A stretch of 64,000 bases of DNA, from assembly GCF_009914755.1 (NCBI RefSeq), contig NC_060936.1. One strand, given 5' to 3'. The notes below the pieces were generated by a model. The model was not told the DNA's origin and searched no databases. It worked only from the letters and a program-made list of their open reading frames with translations. This DNA is from the human T2T-CHM13v2.0 reference genome, Homo sapiens. Positions 58,690 through 64,000 of this stretch are shown here, one piece after another (position 1 is the first letter of the stretch; each line of letters begins with the position of its first letter). A program made the position numbers and the translations under genes.

Positions 58690-59110
58690 AATTTCATCAA
58701 ATATTGGCATTTTTGACACAACTTCTTAAAAATCTTTTTTAAATGAAGTATTTCAAATTCGAAGCCCACAGTGTACCCTTCCTCAGTTCACGTTCTTTCC
58801 GTCCCAGATTTAACCACTATTTTAAATTTGTACTTATTATATTCATAAATATTTTATACTTTCATCAATCAATATATTTATATAGAGATATATATTTAAA
58901 ATATATTTTCTTCATTCATTAACAATGTATTATTTGTTATGTATGTTTCTTAAACATTCTGTTTTGCATATATAATTTTGGTCGATTTTTAAAAATTATA
59001 TGCTCTATATGTTATTTTGATTTTTTTAAGCTTTATATTGTTTGATATGTATTTTCTCCTGCTGATGGAGATCTAAGTTGTTTCCATCTTTTTCCTGTTA
59101 TAGTTAGGCC
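58690..59110 (-). mobile_element. Ancient L1ME-like fragment
   Basis: TAACCACTATTTTAAATTTG; CTCCTGCTGATGGAGATCTAAGTTGTTTCCA. Confidence 0.55.
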
Positions 59111-59129
59111 TTGTTTCTCTCAAGTTGAA

Positions 59130-59607
59130 TGTAAACAATTTCATACAACATCAACATCAAACAAGGCCATCTGTGGCTGTGATAAATCAGGACATAAAGC
59201 AGGAGTACTATATAATCATGTTTGAAAATAGACAAAAATATGGACACTGTTTAACCAGCAAAAATTACCAATCACACCTCTATCCTGACTAATATGAGTG
59301 CTGCTTCTTTACCAATTATACCTTTTGACTCATTCTATATTTCCTTCCTTCTAGATAGTATTTAATAAAATACCCAATCATACAATTACTCCACTTCCAA
59401 ACAGCATCCAATTCATAACAAAGTCAGCTATACTTTTAAAACCCTCACCCAAATCACTGAACATGAACCTAAATCCGTAACAAATCTCAGCTGAGATGCC
59501 TCACAGCTTACCATAGTGAGTGTTCTCCCTCAGCATAACAAGTAATCAACCCAACTTGTTCAACCAGAGTTGTGTTCCTGGTGGTCCTTGGCTGCAGAGC
59601 ACCGACA
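59130..59607 (+). mobile_element. MER77-like ERV solo LTR
   Basis: TG...GACA ends; CCCAACTTGTTCAAC...GTGTTCCTGGTGGTCCTTGGCTG. Confidence 0.65.
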
Positions 59608-59756
59608 CTACTGAGACTGAACACCTTTTCACATGGACGTTGGGCAGAATAACCATCAGGACTGCAAGTTGATTTTGTCTCCAAGATAATCAGAGAAGGC
59701 TTATGCTCTCTATGGTTTCCTTTTCCTTCTTTTTTCCTGAATTGACAACTTGTGTC

Positions 59757-59890
59757 CTTTTTTCTTTTTTATTATTTATGTATTTATTTTAGAGACAGAG
59801 TATCCCAGGCTGGATTGCAGTGCTACAATCATGGCTCTCTGCAGCCTCCAACTCCCAGGCTCAAGTGATCCTCCTGCAGCAGCCTCCAAG
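59757..59890 (-). mobile_element. Alu monomer or fragment (FLAM/FRAM/AluJ arm)
   Basis: CCCAGGCTGGATTGCAGTG...GGCTCAAGTGATCCTCC. Confidence 0.8.
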
Positions 59891-62800
59891 TCCTTAATCA
59901 AATGATAGCTCTTTCTTTCTTCCCATACCTGCCCAAAACAGAGCTATTAGAAGCTCTATCAGAAAGAATGGATTCCCACTGCTTTATCCTTCAAAAAATT
60001 TAAATTTCATATCTGTTTTTCAGCTGAGATTTCTCATAGTCTCTGAGCCACTGATGGTCCTGAACTGTTGTGGCCTTATTTTCTTTAGTATACCATTACT
60101 ACAATTTAATGGTATTGAAGAGGAAGGTATGTTAAACACATGTGCCCTGTCTGCCATCTTGAGCTGGCAATAAGAATAGAAGTAACTATGAATTTTTGAG
60201 AATATTCCAAAGTTCCTTACATATATTGCTTGGCTGGTATTGAAATGTAGAGTTGATGTATAAATGAATACTCCAAACAAAGCAGATTAATGTATAAATG
60301 AATACTCCAAACAAAACAGACCCATTGACTATAACATAACTATAAATAAAGCAATGATCAAGAACTAGGTAGCATTTGCAGGAGCTTTTCTTGGCATCTC
60401 ACTTGCCACTATATATTCTGCCACTTGCTTCCATTTGCTCATATCATTTTGAAATCACTTCTCCAGGGCAGTGTGATTTTGCTTTTCCAAATGAGGTGAA
60501 ATGAAGAACAAAAAAATTTTCTAAAGCTATATTAATATAGTAATATATATATATTTTAAATGCTGAGCATTTCCTTTTATACAGTTAGCTTAATCTATCA
60601 ACCTCTAGGCAAAGTATGGAAAACTAATTTTTAAAAACTTTTTTTAGTAATTATAAAAGCAGTTCATATTTATTAGAGAAAGTTAGGGAACACATTCAAG
60701 CACAATGAATGAAAGAAAAATAAATGCATATCCTATCATCAGAATGGGGAACTTCTTGAATGTCTGCTTGGCCTATGAGTTCTCAAAGTGCTTAATAATG
60801 GAACTAAGAAATGTGTCAACCGTTTCCTTCGTCTGATCACACTACTCATTAGTTAGCAAGTTTTTTTCCTAAGATCATACAGAAAGGTGCCCTAATGAAG
60901 ACTTTAGAATTACTTTTCCATTTCCTTAGAAAAGGCATAACTTTGGCTCAAATTTGTCAAATTGTAATTTTTTTCATACATACTATTTGTTTTTTTATTT
61001 TTTCAAAATAAGAATTCTTCAGCCATTCTGTACTGACTTTAAAGTCAGCAATTCCAAACCTGGTTTGTCTGTATTTTTCTTCTTTTTGTTTGTTCAAGTA
61101 AGATTTGAAAAATGCATGTGGGTTTCAAAACTCCTGCTGTGCCAGCCATGATTTCCCATAAAAGGGGGAACATTTATTTGTGTATATGAAGTCCTAGACA
61201 GCAGTACTTGGTCAGACATGAGACAGATGTATGTGTGCACAGCTGTTTGTGTTTAAGAACAGAATACAGACATAAATAAGGTTAGATATTCTTGGTTTGC
61301 TGCTAGAATATTTTCATATAGCATATTCAAAGGAATATCTGTCATAACTCAAAACAAGGAGAAATTTATCAGAAACAGAGCACAGAGCCCTTCCCCACAG
61401 CCAGGATAAACAAAACCAATATGGGCCTATCAAGCTCTCGTCTTGTAAAATAAACTTTATTGTACAAAAGAAAACCACCTGATTTATTCTTAAAGATATT
61501 GTCAGATATTTTCCCAAAGTCAGTACTGTCTTCTATGAAATTAAAAGATAGAGGTAGATTTTTTCTGGCTTGTCTATTGCTGTCAGAATTGCAATTGTAT
61601 TTAAAGCTAATAATGCTAGAAAATAATGTGGTGTGAAGAAATAAAGGTGCTGTCTTTGCAATTCAGCTTCTTTCCCTAGCTATGACACACTAGCAAACTG
61701 TTTCTCTTCTATGAAAAAAAAAACTTGTACTTAAGCAATACTGCCACTTTTCCAGTATATTTGAATGGCAAAATAATTCCTAGAAAGATTCTCTTCTCTG
61801 TGTGATACCAAAAGGCTCAGAATAAAAAATTACGAAGCTGAGGCCCAAGGTCAAAGAGATTTCTACAGAGAGTCTTAGAATTTGTTTTATGGCTATGAGG
61901 ATGCAGAACTTTAAGAAGTAACTCAGGAAAGACTAACATGAAATATTGCTAATTCCTTTGTTTATTTATTATTACCCTATTGCATAAGCCCTGTCCAATT
62001 AGGAAAAGTTAATTATGCACTACTGGATAAAACCATTTATTTGTAAATCAAAATTCATTCTAATAATTTTTTAATGGAAGGTATAATTAATACTCATCTT
62101 CACACTGTATCTGTCAGGATTTTCACATCTCAACCCCTCCTTTCTCTCTCCTTAGGTCTTCAAGAAAACTCCTTTAAGAATTTAGAGCAGGTCTTCAGGG
62201 TAACTGTACACTTTGTTTAGGAGATACTCTTGTTTTGATGAAAATCCTAAAACAACTCCTTTAAAGGGTTTGTTTAAAAGAATCCACGACATGGAGATAT
62301 CCATAAGACTGAAATGCTGCACTTTATTTACATAAGTTTGGACTTTGAAGAAGCGTTTTGTTTTGTTTTGTTGTCAACCCAATAAATCATATTGAGAATC
62401 ATGGGTGACTTACAGCGTTCAAGACCTGAAAAAGACAACTAAGAGTGGTCTGGCCTTTTCACCTCTACTCTGGTTACTTAGCCTTCATTAAAGTCATATG
62501 ATGAAAACAGAGGATTAAAAATTAGAATTGCCTCTAGAAATAAAGTACTCCACACTATGTCTAAAAGTAGGTAGACTGGCTAAGATTTTATAGGTCTCCC
62601 AAAATTGTAAAACCATTTTGATACATGTATGTAGCATTTCTTTAGTATATTTTTAGAATTACATATTTTTCATAATTATGCATGCGGTGAAATCTAATAG
62701 GAAAACAATGGAAAAAATTATGGGAACAAAGAAAAGTGCTTTTTATTCCTCCCAAAAACTTGAAATTAATACATGAGGCAATGTTATAAAGAAGTTCATG

Positions 62801-64000
62801 CTGTAAAATAAAACATGTGTTTTGTTGCTACAGATATATGGTGGCATCATAGTTTAAAAGGGAGGAAGTAGCCTAAAGAATTATATTCAGTATTTTTCAG
62901 AGGAAGCATTTTAAATTAAATTATATTTGGAGTAAACTTTTTTAGATTGTCTATTTTCTGATCTGTATATTTTATCCTTACTCTTTTTACTCTGAGTATT
63001 ATGTCAGGAATAAAGGCTGAAGACTGGTAGTAGAGAAAGAAAGTTAGCAAATTTGCAAATTAAAATGCTGGCACAAATCACAGGGAAAAAATTATGCAAC
63101 ATATGACAAAGCAAATGTTTTATCCTTACACCTGCTTAGTGCCATGCCTACTAGGATAACACCTACGACATAACAGGAATTCCGTGAGGGATGACAGGAC
63201 CATATCTTCAGTCACTCTTGTATGGCCACATACTTGAACAATGTTAGTTTTGCAGAAGGAAGTGCCAATTCTGCCTACATGACAATAAGAACAATGTGTC
63301 ATATACCACCTACTGGCAGTCTTTGTCTTTTTACTGAACCTAAATATATCTATGAGCATTGTATTGAACTGACGTCCTTGTTTAGCACATACAAATGATA
63401 TCACGTTTTACATTTAGTTCTGCAATTCTTTTTCTGTCAAAATTAAATGGTTGAATTTTATAGGTGTTAATTTTGAGTTATCTCTATGTTTGTACTCAGA
63501 AGTTCGTAAATAATTTAGAACCTAAAATATGCTATTTACAATGCTTATGGATTCTAGAAAGAATATACACATTGTAAATAAGGAAAAATCTTCTCCTGAA
63601 TATTGTGTAAAACCACAAAGCTCTTCAAAAGTATGTCATGTTGCAAAATTGCCTAATTGAATTTCCAACTTGCCCATTTTTCCAGTAGACAAGTGATTAT
63701 TTTCTCAAGAATGAATAAGTAGGTTGCCATATGAGACTGCATGGCATATGCGTTCTTTACCTGGTAAGATGTCTAGATTCAGAATAACTGGCAATATTTA
63801 TCAACATTATTTAGAAAGAAGAGTTTTCTTCAACAAAATAATTGTTTTAAGCAAACAAGAAAAGAGAAGCGTAAAATATGCATACTCATTGATACCGTTG
63901 ATATTTGAAATAAAAAAACACTGACAATTTTAATAACTGAAGAGCTTGGTCTGACACTCCTGCATAAATATAATGAACTTACCTCTATTTCTGAAAGGTA

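Overview
Human genomic DNA: AT-rich, repeat-dense and intronic or intergenic. A near-consensus AluYb8 (a human-specific subfamily) at 5677-6005 fixes the species. I recognise no canonical protein-coding exon, RNA gene or processed pseudogene, and I cannot name the locus. Most ORFs in the track are Alu, L1, LTR or low-complexity read-throughs. The window holds about 17 Alus, several truncated L1s, about 12 solo LTRs, hAT/Tigger/mariner fossils (three MADE1 hairpins) and many L2/MIR relics, often nested with intact target-site duplications (TSDs). The best lead is a unique, CpG-retaining block at about 33.1-34.8 kb. It contains a minus-strand Kozak ATG, a strong splice donor and an in-frame acceptor, giving either a two-exon 69-aa microprotein or an alternative first exon of a minus-strand host gene. 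This is a hypothesis, not a demonstrated system. Repeat subfamily names come from recalled consensus sequences, and boundaries of old repeats are approximate.
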